Below, one piece after another: positions 26,909 through 36,256 of a stretch of 64,000 nucleotides of DNA. The DNA comes from Candidatus Methanoperedenaceae archaeon (GTDB lineage Archaea > Halobacteriota > Methanosarcinia > Methanosarcinales > Methanoperedenaceae), in the NCBI GenBank assembly GCA_963753595.1, contig CAVWCX010000007.1, positions 96,001 to 160,000 of the forward strand, read 5' to 3'. A program made the translations under genes and the position numbers. Position 1 is the stretch's first letter, and each line of letters begins with the position of its first letter. The notes under the pieces were generated by a model, which was not told where the DNA came from, did not search any database, and was given only the letters and a program-made list of their open reading frames with translations.

Positions 26909-29173
26909 TTATGTCTGTATGTTACCGGCTATTTGCTGAATCTGGATGATTACAAACTCTGCCGGTTTAAGCGGGGCAAAACCCACCACGATGTTGACAA
27001 TACCTTTGTTGATATCATCCTGAGTTGTTGTCTCTTTATCGCATTTTACGAAGTACGCCTCTTTTGGCGTTTGTCCCTGGAAAGCGCCCTGGCGGAAGAG
27101 CGAGTGCATGAAAGCCCCCAGATTCAGGCGGATCTGTGACCAGAGGGGCTCATCGTTTGGCTCGAACACCACCCATTTTGTGCCCCTGAACAGGCTTTCC
27201 TCAATGAAAAGAGCCAGCCGTCGTATAGGGATATACTTGTACTCCGATGCCATCTGGTCCGCACCGCGCAATGTACGGGCGCCCCAGGCAACTGCGCCGA
27301 AGACCGGAAAGATGCGTATACAGTTGGAGCCGAGTGGGTTAAGCGTCCCGTTCTCCATATCGGTTAATTGATATTTAACGTCCTTTACTCCAACCAACGT
27401 GGCATCCGTGCCTGCAGGAGCTTTCCATACCCCGCGTGAGCTGTCCATACGTGCATACAACCCCGCGACCGTGCCGCTTGGCGGGCATAAACGTACTTTG
27501 CCACCCTTTAATGGGTCAGCTATCCCGATCCATGGGTAGTAGACTGCTGCATGATCCGATTTCGGAAGTGCCGTGCCTGAGATAACACTGACCATTTCTG
27601 TTGGATTCTTCGTAATAAGGGGTGCATCGATAATCATGAATGCACGCCGCTCCTGGCAATATGAGACGGCATCAGCCAAAATACCGCTGTCAGTGACCCC
27701 TGGAAGGCAGAGCAGGTTGAATATATCAACCTCTTCCAGGGCGTAGATACCATCGCGGTCTGCCCGGCTGGCAATGTATATATTATACGCCTCGGCATCG
27801 GTAAAGGATTCTTCATTACCGTCCGCCAGTGTTAAATTCGTCGCATTTGTTCCACCTAATAGAAGTTTTAATCCTTTAGCCAGACCGTCACCCGTGACCT
27901 CATTAACCATTACTGTTGAACCTGTCCCCGTGCTTCCTGAAGACAGTATCAATTTTGATGCAGAGGAAACGGTACAGGTGAAATTCATGTAACTGGGATT
28001 GGATGTTTTAAGTGCACATACACTAGTCTGGATACGCTTTGCTATATCCTGCAGGTTAGCTGCTGATGTTGTACTTATATCAACTGCATCAGGACCGTAG
28101 CCGTCTATGCTTATGTAGAAGCTTCGGTTGCCGAGACTGGGCAGCCCAGGAGGTCCGGTCAGATCAGTGGCACTCAATACGCCGCTGGTCAGAGTTCCAT
28201 GATCAGGGACTTCCACAGGTCTGATCACCGAAACTGCATCAGTCTCTTGTCCACCATTTACGGTTCCAAGCTTTAACCTGCCTGCAGCATCGTTTCGTAT
28301 GCCTGCTAGCACACGCACACTGGATGCCTCTTTCCCTTCGCCTGAAGTCATTATAATACGATTTTTATCTGTATTGGGGACACAAGTAAATAGGGACTGG
28401 GCGGGATTTCCATTAGCTATACCCGCATCCCTCACTTTCTTCTGGATCGCACTGCAGAGCTTGGTTAGCTTGGCAGCCGGATCCCCTGCTACATCAGTCG
28501 GCAGGGTGATTTGCACGCTTATAGGTTCTGAGCGATTGACCGATATAAGCAACTGGTTGTGAGTAGCATCCAGTAATGGTTTACTCAGTGTTGGATCCAG
28601 ATCACCGATTTCGCCGCTTATGCTTGTTCCATTGCCCAGGCCCGCCAGATCATGAACCCGTTCAACTTCTACCAACCGCGAAGCACCCTTCAAAATGTCA
28701 CCAACGTAACGCGCATCTTTACTGTTCATCGAGAGATCAAGATACGTCTCATCGCCAACAGCGAGGTTGAATGTACTGGCAGGATTAGCGGTTTTGTAAT
28801 CTACCCGAACTTCAATATCATTACCTGTTTTACCCTCGTCCAGGGCTGTTATCTTAAGCACATCTTTACCGGTACTGTTTTGCAGAGTTTTTGTGGCTGC
28901 AACTGCATTCTTAGCTACTCTCACAACCCAGGCATCGCTTCCGCCGTTGGAAAAAAACTGGCGCACTGCATAGCTCATCTCCGAATCCTCAAATAAACCT
29001 CCAAAACGGCGTTCAAAGTCGCTGTAGCTCAGGATATGGATCGCTTTATTTATCGGACCTCTCTTAGCTGATCCGGCAAAGGCTGTTACCGAGGTGCTGA
29101 CCCCCACAATAGTCCGCACACCACTGGGAATTTCCTGGACATATACTCCTGGATAGGTTGGATTAATTGGCAT
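26909..29173 (-). CDS. contractile tail sheath protein
   Basis: YPGVYVQE, RGVWKAPAG, WGARTL, YIPIRRL, WVVFEPND, GFAPLKPAEFV. Confidence 0.96.
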   Translation of the reverse strand: MPINPTYPGVYVQEIPSGVRTIVGVSTSVTAFAGSAKRGPINKAIHILSYSDFERRFGGLFEDSEMSYAVRQFFSNGGSDAWVVRVAKNAVAATKTLQNSTGKDVLKITALDEGKTGNDIEVRVDYKTANPASTFNLAVGDETYLDLSMNSKDARYVGDILKGASRLVEVERVHDLAGLGNGTSISGEIGDLDPTLSKPLLDATHNQLLISVNRSEPISVQITLPTDVAGDPAAKLTKLCSAIQKKVRDAGIANGNPAQSLFTCVPNTDKNRIIMTSGEGKEASSVRVLAGIRNDAAGRLKLGTVNGGQETDAVSVIRPVEVPDHGTLTSGVLSATDLTGPPGLPSLGNRSFYISIDGYGPDAVDISTTSAANLQDIAKRIQTSVCALKTSNPSYMNFTCTVSSASKLILSSGSTGTGSTVMVNEVTGDGLAKGLKLLLGGTNATNLTLADGNEESFTDAEAYNIYIASRADRDGIYALEEVDIFNLLCLPGVTDSGILADAVSYCQERRAFMIIDAPLITKNPTEMVSVISGTALPKSDHAAVYYPWIGIADPLKGGKVRLCPPSGTVAGLYARMDSSRGVWKAPAGTDATLVGVKDVKYQLTDMENGTLNPLGSNCIRIFPVFGAVAWGARTLRGADQMASEYKYIPIRRLALFIEESLFRGTKWVVFEPNDEPLWSQIRLNLGAFMHSLFRQGAFQGQTPKEAYFVKCDKETTTQDDINKGIVNIVVGFAPLKPAEFVIIQIQQIAGNIQT

Positions 29174-29186
29174 TTCAAATCCTCCT

Positions 29187-29300
29187 CTATATTATAGCAT
29201 CCGGTTCATTTTTGTCTTCAACTGTCATTGTTCGGATTGCCGGAATTCCCAGCATTCCAGGGACGTTGATATACAGCGCCCATTTCATCATTTTCTTCAT
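29187..29300 (-). CDS. 37-aa ORF directly upstream of the sheath gene (micro-protein or truncated gene)
   Basis: MKKMMKWALYINVPGMLGIPAIRTMTVEDKNEPDAII; GGAGGT RBS; its stop codon abuts the sheath RBS. Confidence 0.45.
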   Translation of the reverse strand: MKKMMKWALYINVPGMLGIPAIRTMTVEDKNEPDAII

Positions 29301-29343
29301 ATTTTTACCTCCGTTTGATAATCCATAGAATTTCTATTCTGTT

Positions 29344-29655
29344 TCAAAGTCTTTTAAACGCCTCAAGTAGTATCTCGCGATCTGACAAAATCCCCCTCGA
29401 CTTCAACCGGTCAACCTCCAGGAGAAGTTTCTCAGCATCCTGGCTATCAAGTTTATTCTTTTCAGCAAATCTCTTTGTCAATACTTTCAGTTCTATTCTG
29501 GAAGAATACTTCTTGGGAATCGTATCATCAATAAAATTGAATATATGCCCGCATTTATGATGCCCTATCGTTGAAGTTGACGGACCTGCGGAAGTTCTTA
29601 TGTAATCCCTGAAAGTATCACCTTTGATAATCTCTCCACACTCGCATATTAACGT
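29344..29655 (-). CDS. 103-codon Cys/His protein starting at ACG (non-canonical or mutated start); first gene of the eCIS operon
   Basis: Manual translation: (M)LICECGEIIKGDTFRDYIRTSAGPSTSTIGHHKCGHIFNF...EAFKRL*. GGTGGTG lies 5 nt upstream of the ACG; an in-frame TAA lies just upstream. Confidence 0.55.
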   Translation of the reverse strand, partial: TLICECGEIIKGDTFRDYIRTSAGPSTSTIGHHKCGHIFNFIDDTIPKKYSSRIELKVLTKRFAEKNKLDSQDAEKLLLEVDRLKSRGILSDREILLEAFKRL

Positions 29656-30184
29656 TTTAACACCACCATTTTATTTTTAAAATTTTAAAAAAAACATTAC
29701 AGTATCAACTATCCACAAGGAGTTTCATCGCCCTGCTGCTCACTCCTTATTAATAATTATGATTATCTCATATAGATGCTCATATATATGTATTGTGATT
29801 GTTTATTGTTGGGCTATCTATCTCTCCGGCCGGCAAAATGATTTTTCTGGCTGTCCCTTTACAATCTGTTTTGGGTCTGATCTTAAACATCACTTTTTGC
29901 CGCTTTCTTCTACGCTTCCTTCTGAAACCATCCGGAATTCCCATCAATCACGACCAGCCCTGATTATCACCGAACCATATCCTGATTTTCAGGGTTTCAT
30001 GGGTTACAAAATTGGAAAAGAATAACTATGAATCGTATTTTATAGGCATCTGAAAAATTTCAAAATTTTGCGCTTAAATTTATATTCAATTCGGGCCAAT
30101 TTATCTTTTTTGTATTGAAAAACTTTATCACAGCCGAAAGATTTAAAATATAGAAAGAATAGGTTTAGTAGGAGGTGAAAAAAA

Positions 30185-30322
30185 ATGGTTGGACTCGAAA
30201 GCTCAATGGATAATGCAACGGCAGCGAAAAAGGTAAAAGCAAAAGAAGATCCTGCTGAGAAAAAGAGATTAGACGATTTTAATGCAAAACTGAGATCTCG
30301 CAAGGCACCTCAGCCGAAATAA
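30185..30322 (+). CDS. 45-aa basic small protein
   Basis: MVGLESSMDNATAAKKVKAKEDPAEKKRLDDFNAKLRSRKAPQPK, preceded by a strong GGAGGTG RBS. Confidence 0.55.
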   Translation: MVGLESSMDNATAAKKVKAKEDPAEKKRLDDFNAKLRSRKAPQPK

Positions 30323-30571
30323 GAGTATTGTTGCATAAACAACAATTCTCATATTCCTGCAGACATCAGGACGGCGCTTTTTGGCCTTACTCTTTGCATG
30401 TTGCCGGCGCATAATGGTGTCTGAAGGTTCTTTTTTGTCATCAAAAATAACATCTATAGCTATTTTTTGGATTTATCTATTCTTTGAATTTATATTAATA
30501 GTTTGTTTGGTCAATGAGTTTGATCGAAATATAAGATAGATTCTTAAATCAATAGATTGTTAATCAGACCA

Positions 30572-30973
30572 ATGATTCTTGATTACAAAGATATTGCAGA
30601 CTATATCATTAATAATTACAAGAATAAAGTCGTGGAAGTGGGAGTCGGAAGCCTTCCCCAGGTCGCTCTTCTCCTGAAGGATAAATTGGACGTAGTTGTC
30701 ACGGATATCAATGAGCAGAAGTATGCGGGAGTAAGATTTTGCAGGGATGATATCTTCAAACCTGATATGGGAATATACAGGAATGCATCCCTTATTTATG
30801 CTATCAGGCCTCCCATTGACCTCCAGGATGCGATCGCGGCGATTGCCAGGGAAGTTGAGGCTGACCTTATCATTCGTCCATTCGGGAGCGAAAAAGCTGA
30901 TTTGATAAAATATTTTAAAGAATATTCTCTTGTGAATTATAAAAAGGCAAGATTTTATTTGTACAGGTCTTAG
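30572..30973 (+). CDS. UPF0146 family protein
   Basis: KVVEVGVG, TDI, DDIFKP...Y..ASLIYAIRPP. Confidence 0.85.
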   Translation: MILDYKDIADYIINNYKNKVVEVGVGSLPQVALLLKDKLDVVVTDINEQKYAGVRFCRDDIFKPDMGIYRNASLIYAIRPPIDLQDAIAAIAREVEADLIIRPFGSEKADLIKYFKEYSLVNYKKARFYLYRS

Positions 30974-31015
30974 GTTTTAATCGTTTTTTGAAGGTCTTAA
31001 AAAGAAGTTTGCTTG

Positions 31016-31813
31016 CTAATTCTTTCTTACTTTAAAAACATATATTATTACTATAAATACAATCCCGATCCCGATAATATTCCAGTTTCTTATTTTATTA
31101 GAAATACCAGATGCCGGTTTTGTAATATTTTCATTTAATCCAGGAGAAGAATTTTCGGTTATATTGCCCTCAGGAGCAGTTTCTTTGTATGATTCATTCT
31201 TTGTTATATTGATCGTTATTTCTCCCCTTTTATCAGATAAATTAGAGAAAAAACCTGTGACCTCAGCATGCGAATCGATATTTTTATTTTCAATATTCAT
31301 GCCTGAAATATCCACAATATCGATACCCTGTGGCAGAATTATTGTTACGGGGGATTTTGGTTCTCCGAGGAACCAGATGCTACTGCCGTTATAAATACTA
31401 TCGTTCAGCCTGTAATGTACGTTATACCTGTTCTCGATCGTATCCGGAGTATGGGTATTTCCAATGATGGCCTGCGATAATGAAGAATCAACATCCATCA
31501 TTTCTATACCCGAAGTCTCATTATTTATCCTGATATCAAGTTCATTTTCTATAGAGCTTTTGAACCTTTGGCGCGATTCCTGATCCGCTTTAAGGACTTC
31601 CCATGCATTAACAAAACTGTCATTATCCCCGATCCCCGTGTCAATGCTTATCTTATATCCTATGGAATCCATGCCTGTATAAATCTCGGTGTAACCCCAT
31701 GTGATATTATATTTGTCTACGGTTATATTATTTATCCATTGGGTTTGCGCGCCAGCCATATCTGTTAACGTAAAAAGAAGAAATATGGATAAAAATAACC
31801 GCAATATTTTCAT
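31016..31813 (-). CDS. secreted, C-terminally membrane-anchored hypothetical protein
   Basis: N-terminal signal-like peptide, many N-x-S/T sequons, C-terminal TM helix followed by basic residues. Confidence 0.7.
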   Translation of the reverse strand: MKILRLFLSIFLLFTLTDMAGAQTQWINNITVDKYNITWGYTEIYTGMDSIGYKISIDTGIGDNDSFVNAWEVLKADQESRQRFKSSIENELDIRINNETSGIEMMDVDSSLSQAIIGNTHTPDTIENRYNVHYRLNDSIYNGSSIWFLGEPKSPVTIILPQGIDIVDISGMNIENKNIDSHAEVTGFFSNLSDKRGEITINITKNESYKETAPEGNITENSSPGLNENITKPASGISNKIRNWNIIGIGIVFIVIIYVFKVRKN

Positions 31814-32685
31814 CTGGTGATTACCTCACATCCATCCGTTGTTACTATGATCGTATGTTCAGCCTGGGAAATAAGGCCGCCCTGGATCTCCTTAAGTATC
31901 GGGTATGGCCTGATAATATTTGCTTTGGCAAGAGCAAGCATTGCAAAATCCACACGCTCACCGAGCCATCGTTTCGCAAATGGGAGCGTCTTATATTTCT
32001 CTATTTCCTGCAATAATTTTCTTGCTGATGGATGCCTGACCGGTCTTTCGGAAACAAGATGGAAGATCTCAGCACTTCCCGCATCATGAATTTTTCCCGC
32101 GCCGTTCGTAGCGAAAGGTTCAATTGCAATGATATCTCCTTCCTGGAGAATTACACCGCCAGGCATTCTCTTATTCGGGATCGCAGGCGGAGCATGCTGG
32201 ATGTACTGTGCAAGCCCATGCCCTGTGAGGTTGATTATGGGTTTATAACCAAAGGAGGTTATAGCATCTTCAATTACTCCCCCGATATCTGAAGTATTAA
32301 CACCTGCTTTGACGAATTCAATCGCTTCTTCAAGAGCAGTTTCAGCAGCCTTGACAAGCTTTGGATTACCGGAAAGATCAACGGTTATTGCGGTATCAGC
32401 GATATATCCGTCGATATGAACCCCTATATCCAGTTTTACGATATCTTTTCCAAATACGGATTTATCATTTAAACATGGAGTGGAATGAGCAGCCTCGTCA
32501 TTTCGTGAAATGTTCACCGGGAATGCAGGCTCTCCGCCTTTTTCACGTATCAGGTTCTCTGCGAATTCCGCGACCATAAGAAGGCTTGCACCTTCAGTTA
32601 CTTTTTCTGCAGTAAGTTTCCGGACTTCGGACAGGATCCTTCCTGCCCGCCTGTATTTCTCGATTACTTCATCAGTTTCTGTCAT
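31810..32685 (-). CDS. map: type II methionine aminopeptidase
   Basis: AFPVNIS..AAH, KLDIGVHIDGYIADTA, NLTGHG, AIEPFAT, QAEHT. Confidence 0.96.
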   Translation of the reverse strand: MTETDEVIEKYRRAGRILSEVRKLTAEKVTEGASLLMVAEFAENLIREKGGEPAFPVNISRNDEAAHSTPCLNDKSVFGKDIVKLDIGVHIDGYIADTAITVDLSGNPKLVKAAETALEEAIEFVKAGVNTSDIGGVIEDAITSFGYKPIINLTGHGLAQYIQHAPPAIPNKRMPGGVILQEGDIIAIEPFATNGAGKIHDAGSAEIFHLVSERPVRHPSARKLLQEIEKYKTLPFAKRWLGERVDFAMLALAKANIIRPYPILKEIQGGLISQAEHTIIVTTDGCEVITR

Positions 32686-33839
32686 TATAACACCAGATTC
32701 TTTTCAAACATAGTTAAATTCTTGCATCCGCTCCGGGTAACGACCACAACATCCTCAATGCGAACACCGCCGATCTTCTTATAATAAAGACCGGGTTCCA
32801 CTGTGACAATACATCCTGCTTTAAGTTCCTTTCCATTCTCGCCCAGGTTTGGGCCCTCATGAATATCAAGACCTACTCCATGCCCTGTCGAATGAATAAA
32901 ACCTTCTGTGAATTCACCGCTTTTTCCTCTTGAGGTCTCATATCCTCTTTCTTCCAGTACATCACATACGATATTATGAATTTCAGCGCCGGTAACCCCT
33001 GCTTTTATTTTATTTAATGCAGCTTCCTGCGAATCAAGCACGGCAGAATATATATCTTTAAGTTCTTTAGAGGGGGTTCCATGCATGACGGTTCTTGTCA
33101 TGTCAGAATAATACCTTTCTTTCCTGGATCGCGGCACCATATCAATGACTATTGGCTCATCTGCGAGCAGTTCTCCTTCTCCTTTCCAGTGCGGGTCGCT
33201 GCTTCCTTTCCCGCATGCGATAATAATATCCGGCGCTTCACAATTAAAAGACAGTAGTGATCTGTCGATTATTGCCCGCACGTCCTCTGTTTTTAAAGGC
33301 GAATCTTCAAGTTCACTCATAAGAACGCCATTCCTGACAGAAGCATTTTTTATCGCATTGATGCCTTCTGAAAGTGCTTTCTCGCCTGCTCTCTGGGCAT
33401 ATTCGATCGCACTTATTTCTGTTTGGCTTTTTATATCACGCATTTCACGCAATGGGCTTTTTACCGGTATTATCTCAAAATTTGCCTTCCGGAGGCAATC
33501 AGCAAGCTGTACCGGAAAATTATACGGCACTGCGATACGATCTAAATTCTTTGAATGAAGGAGTTCCTGGATCATTTCACAATATGCGGCATCAACATCC
33601 CTGTTCTTTCGGACCTTATCCATAATGTTGTATCTGGATGTCGGGAACACCTCTTTGACTTTAGATTCTTTTTTTGCCCTTCCCAGTTCCATATCCGATA
33701 CAAGGATCATATCGTCCCCGGAATTCAGGTAAATGAATGAATCATAAGCAAGGAACCCGCTGGCATAATACATATCAGCATTGTGTTCGCTTTCACTCAC
33801 CATCAGGAATGCCTGGGAATCAGGGAGAGTCAGTTTCAT
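32685..33839 (-). CDS. M24 Xaa-Pro peptidase
   Basis: YYSDMTRT, HSTGHGVGLDIHEGP, TVEPGLY, GGVRIED. Confidence 0.93.
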   Translation of the reverse strand: MKLTLPDSQAFLMVSESEHNADMYYASGFLAYDSFIYLNSGDDMILVSDMELGRAKKESKVKEVFPTSRYNIMDKVRKNRDVDAAYCEMIQELLHSKNLDRIAVPYNFPVQLADCLRKANFEIIPVKSPLREMRDIKSQTEISAIEYAQRAGEKALSEGINAIKNASVRNGVLMSELEDSPLKTEDVRAIIDRSLLSFNCEAPDIIIACGKGSSDPHWKGEGELLADEPIVIDMVPRSRKERYYSDMTRTVMHGTPSKELKDIYSAVLDSQEAALNKIKAGVTGAEIHNIVCDVLEERGYETSRGKSGEFTEGFIHSTGHGVGLDIHEGPNLGENGKELKAGCIVTVEPGLYYKKIGGVRIEDVVVVTRSGCKNLTMFEKNLVL

Positions 33840-34055
33840 TTGTTATATGAGGTAAATTATTGTAGATATTACCTTCGGATAGGTTTATGGGTTCGAAGAT
33901 CCTTGCCCCTTTCCTGTACGCCCAAGATGTCGATGATGTGTCATCCACCTGCCTAACTGACCTGACTGGAAACTAATGTCAATGCCCTGGGAAGATTAAT
34001 GCTGCATAGAAAATCTTATAGCATTCACTACCAATATTAAAGTAATTGATATACT

Positions 34056-34346
34056 ATGACTACCCAGGTAAACATACGGCTTGATGAACATCTCCTTCAG
34101 GAGATAGATGCGCTTTCACACATGCTCCATGTTCCGAGATCTGAATGGCTTAGAATGAAATTAGCAGAAGTTGTAAAAGATAACATTTTAAAATATCGTG
34201 AAGCACTGGCGCTGGAATATACAATGGGACACATTTCATTTGAAGAATTACATACTTTAATTGGCAAAGATGCCGATGATGTCAAATTGATACATCAGAT
34301 GACTCAAAAAGGGAAAAAAGAAATTGACAAACTATTCGATAAATGA
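34056..34346 (+). CDS. RHH/CopG-like putative antitoxin
   Basis: QVNIRLDEHLLQEIDAL....RSEWLR; overlaps the PIN gene (ATGA). Confidence 0.75.
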   Translation: MTTQVNIRLDEHLLQEIDALSHMLHVPRSEWLRMKLAEVVKDNILKYREALALEYTMGHISFEELHTLIGKDADDVKLIHQMTQKGKKEIDKLFDK

Positions 34347-34813
34347 CAATTTTTGCGATCGATACTTGTTCTCTGATAGCCCTCCAGTATAGCGGTTATC
34401 TTGAAATAATCATCAAAAATGTGAATCTTTTGATCACAAAAAAAATTGTTTCTGAACTTAAAGAGATTTCTGCTATCCATGATGATGATGGCAGAGCTGC
34501 AGGGGATGTTTTAAGATCATTATCCGGATTGTCAATCATAGAAACAACGCCAAAATACAGCGGTGAAGAAGAACTGATAGAAGTTGCTCTTCAGGATAGG
34601 TGCGATTTTATTGTATCTGATGATATACGTGCCATTCCAAAATTTAAGACGGTTAATTTGCCAATAATTTTCAGCAGTCATTTGTTGTATTATATTTATA
34701 GAGAAGGTATTATCTCAAAAGTAGAAGGCCTGGTCGCACTTGAAAAAATGCGAACCAAACGTTCCTGGAAAGAGAATGTTATATACATTGCAGGAATACA
34801 ATTGTTAAAATAA
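34343..34813 (+). CDS. PIN-domain putative toxin (VapC-like)
   Basis: IDTCSLI, EL, GEEE, VSDD acidic tetrad. Confidence 0.78.
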   Translation: MTIFAIDTCSLIALQYSGYLEIIIKNVNLLITKKIVSELKEISAIHDDDGRAAGDVLRSLSGLSIIETTPKYSGEEELIEVALQDRCDFIVSDDIRAIPKFKTVNLPIIFSSHLLYYIYREGIISKVEGLVALEKMRTKRSWKENVIYIAGIQLLK

Positions 34814-34831
34814 TTACATAAATCAAAACTT

Positions 34832-35029
34832 CATCTGTCATCGGTTAAGGAATTTAATGGCTAAGAAAATATCTTTTTATGGTTTCTATTAGATCTCCAA
34901 TTAGTCTAAATAGAACGCGGATGACGCTGATTACGCGGATTTACACGGATAATCCAATCCGCGCTTATCCGCGTAATCCGTGCAATCTGTGTTCTATGTC
35001 CTGATTTTTCTCTTAACCGATGACATATG
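34832..35029. mobile_element. 198-bp MITE with 18-bp TIRs and a 10-bp target duplication (IS4/ISH8-like ends)
   Basis: TIRs CATCTGTCATCGGTTAAG / CTTAACCGATGACATATG (1 mismatch). Direct repeat ATCAAAACTT at 34822-34831 and 35030-35039. Confidence 0.85.
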
Positions 35030-35171
35030 ATCAAAACTTAATTGCCTTGTTTCCTGAAATACGGCAGCTTTATTACGAAAAAGTGTATAAAAAGACAATT
35101 GGGAAAATACCTAAATAGTATTGACACCATATATAGTTCGTATAAATACGAATAAATATGAGGAAAAAAAC

Positions 35172-36062
35172 ATGAAAGAAGAACGCTGGGGCAACCTGGG
35201 CTCAAAATTCGCGCATCTTACGAGTGCTCATCCCTGTTATAATGAAAAAGCGCATTTTACGACCGCAAGGATCCACCTGCCAGTTGCGCCGCGCTGCAAT
35301 ATACAGTGCAACTACTGTATTCGGAAATTAGATAAATGCGAACACAGGCCAGGTGTTGCGTCATTTATTCTTAATCCCCGTGAAGCTCTTGTCAGGGTTG
35401 ATAAATACGCAAAGGAAATGCAAAATCTTAAAGTAGTAGGTATCGCCGGACCCGGTGAGGCGCTTGCAAATGAAGATAGCTTTGAAACCATGCGCCTTGT
35501 GCATGAAAAATACCCGGAACTTATAAAATGTGTGGCAAGCAACGGTCTTATGCTTTCTGAAAGAGTTGATGACCTTGTCAAAGCCGGAGTAACAAGCGTT
35601 ACTGTAACTATAAACGCAGTTGACCCTGAGGTCGGCGCAAAGATATATTCATTTGTCCGCTACCATGATAAGACTTATAAAGGCGTGGAAGGCGCAAAAC
35701 TCCTGATAGAAAAACAGTTCGAGGGGGTAAAGAAGGCAAGTGAAGCGGGACTTAATGTTAAAGTCAACACAGTGCTTATTCCTGAGATCAACTTTTCCCA
35801 GATAAAGGAAGTTGCTAAAAAAGCGGCAGAGAACGGTGCAATAATAATGAATATCATTCCAATGATACCGCTTCACAATTTTGAAAAGGAAAGACCCCCG
35901 GATTGCGATGAACTCAATATGGCAAGAACCATTGCAGAAGAATTCCTGCCCCAGTTCAGGCTGTGCAGGCAGTGCCGCGCAGATGCGGTTGGTGTACCGG
36001 GTGCAGAGCCATGCGGCTCACCCGTGCAGCAGCGCACAACCAGCGAATACTATCATGCTTAA
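35172..36062 (+). CDS. nifB: NifB-like radical SAM protein (stand-alone, no NifX domain)
   Basis: HPCY, RIHLPVAPRCNIQCNYC, EHRPG, GIAGPGE, CRQCRADAVG. Likely start is ATG 35172. Confidence 0.85.
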   Translation: MKEERWGNLGSKFAHLTSAHPCYNEKAHFTTARIHLPVAPRCNIQCNYCIRKLDKCEHRPGVASFILNPREALVRVDKYAKEMQNLKVVGIAGPGEALANEDSFETMRLVHEKYPELIKCVASNGLMLSERVDDLVKAGVTSVTVTINAVDPEVGAKIYSFVRYHDKTYKGVEGAKLLIEKQFEGVKKASEAGLNVKVNTVLIPEINFSQIKEVAKKAAENGAIIMNIIPMIPLHNFEKERPPDCDELNMARTIAEEFLPQFRLCRQCRADAVGVPGAEPCGSPVQQRTTSEYYHA

Positions 36063-36100
36063 TATTCATCAAGGAAATAAAAAACAAAAGAGGTGAAAAA

Positions 36101-36256
36101 ATGTGCTTTGCAGATTCATCGGTCAGCGTGGAAATTGAGGAAGGAGATATGGTATTTGACCAGTATAAATGCATGGATTGCAGTTCCAGTTTCCGCGGGA
36201 TCGGGAAAAAGGTAAAATGCCCTACGTGTGAATCAGGAAATGTGAAGAAGGTTTAG
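36101..36256 (+). CDS. 51-aa zinc-ribbon protein
   Basis: YKCMDC...KCPTCES; GAGGTG RBS before ATG 36101. Confidence 0.75.
   Translation: MCFADSSVSVEIEEGDMVFDQYKCMDCSSSFRGIGKKVKCPTCESGNVKKV

Larger units (their letters stand above)
2596..29655 (-). other. contractile injection system (eCIS/PLTS-like) gene cluster
   Basis: About 18 co-oriented, abutting or overlapping genes: sheath, tube, baseplate, DUF4255, AAA ATPase, DUF4157, LysM, gpD, gpV, PAAR-like, gp25, two baseplate J. No capsid, portal, terminase or integrase. Confidence 0.93.

Noticed and set aside
2596-29173. Prophage/provirus interpretation of the tail genes
   Set aside because: No capsid, portal, terminase, integrase or replication genes. 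DUF4255, DUF4157 and the Afp15-like ATPase indicate an eCIS.
29717-29748. Possible fluoride riboswitch (GGCGATG) in the eCIS leader
   Set aside because: Only a simple AAGGAGT/ACTCCTT hairpin; the remaining consensus and pseudoknot are absent.
29200-30560. attR-like duplicate of the tRNA-Met 3' end marking site-specific integration
   Set aside because: No copy of GTTCGGATCCCGTCCTGGGC was found by eye at the far boundary, and no integrase is present. The tRNA adjacency is only circumstantial.
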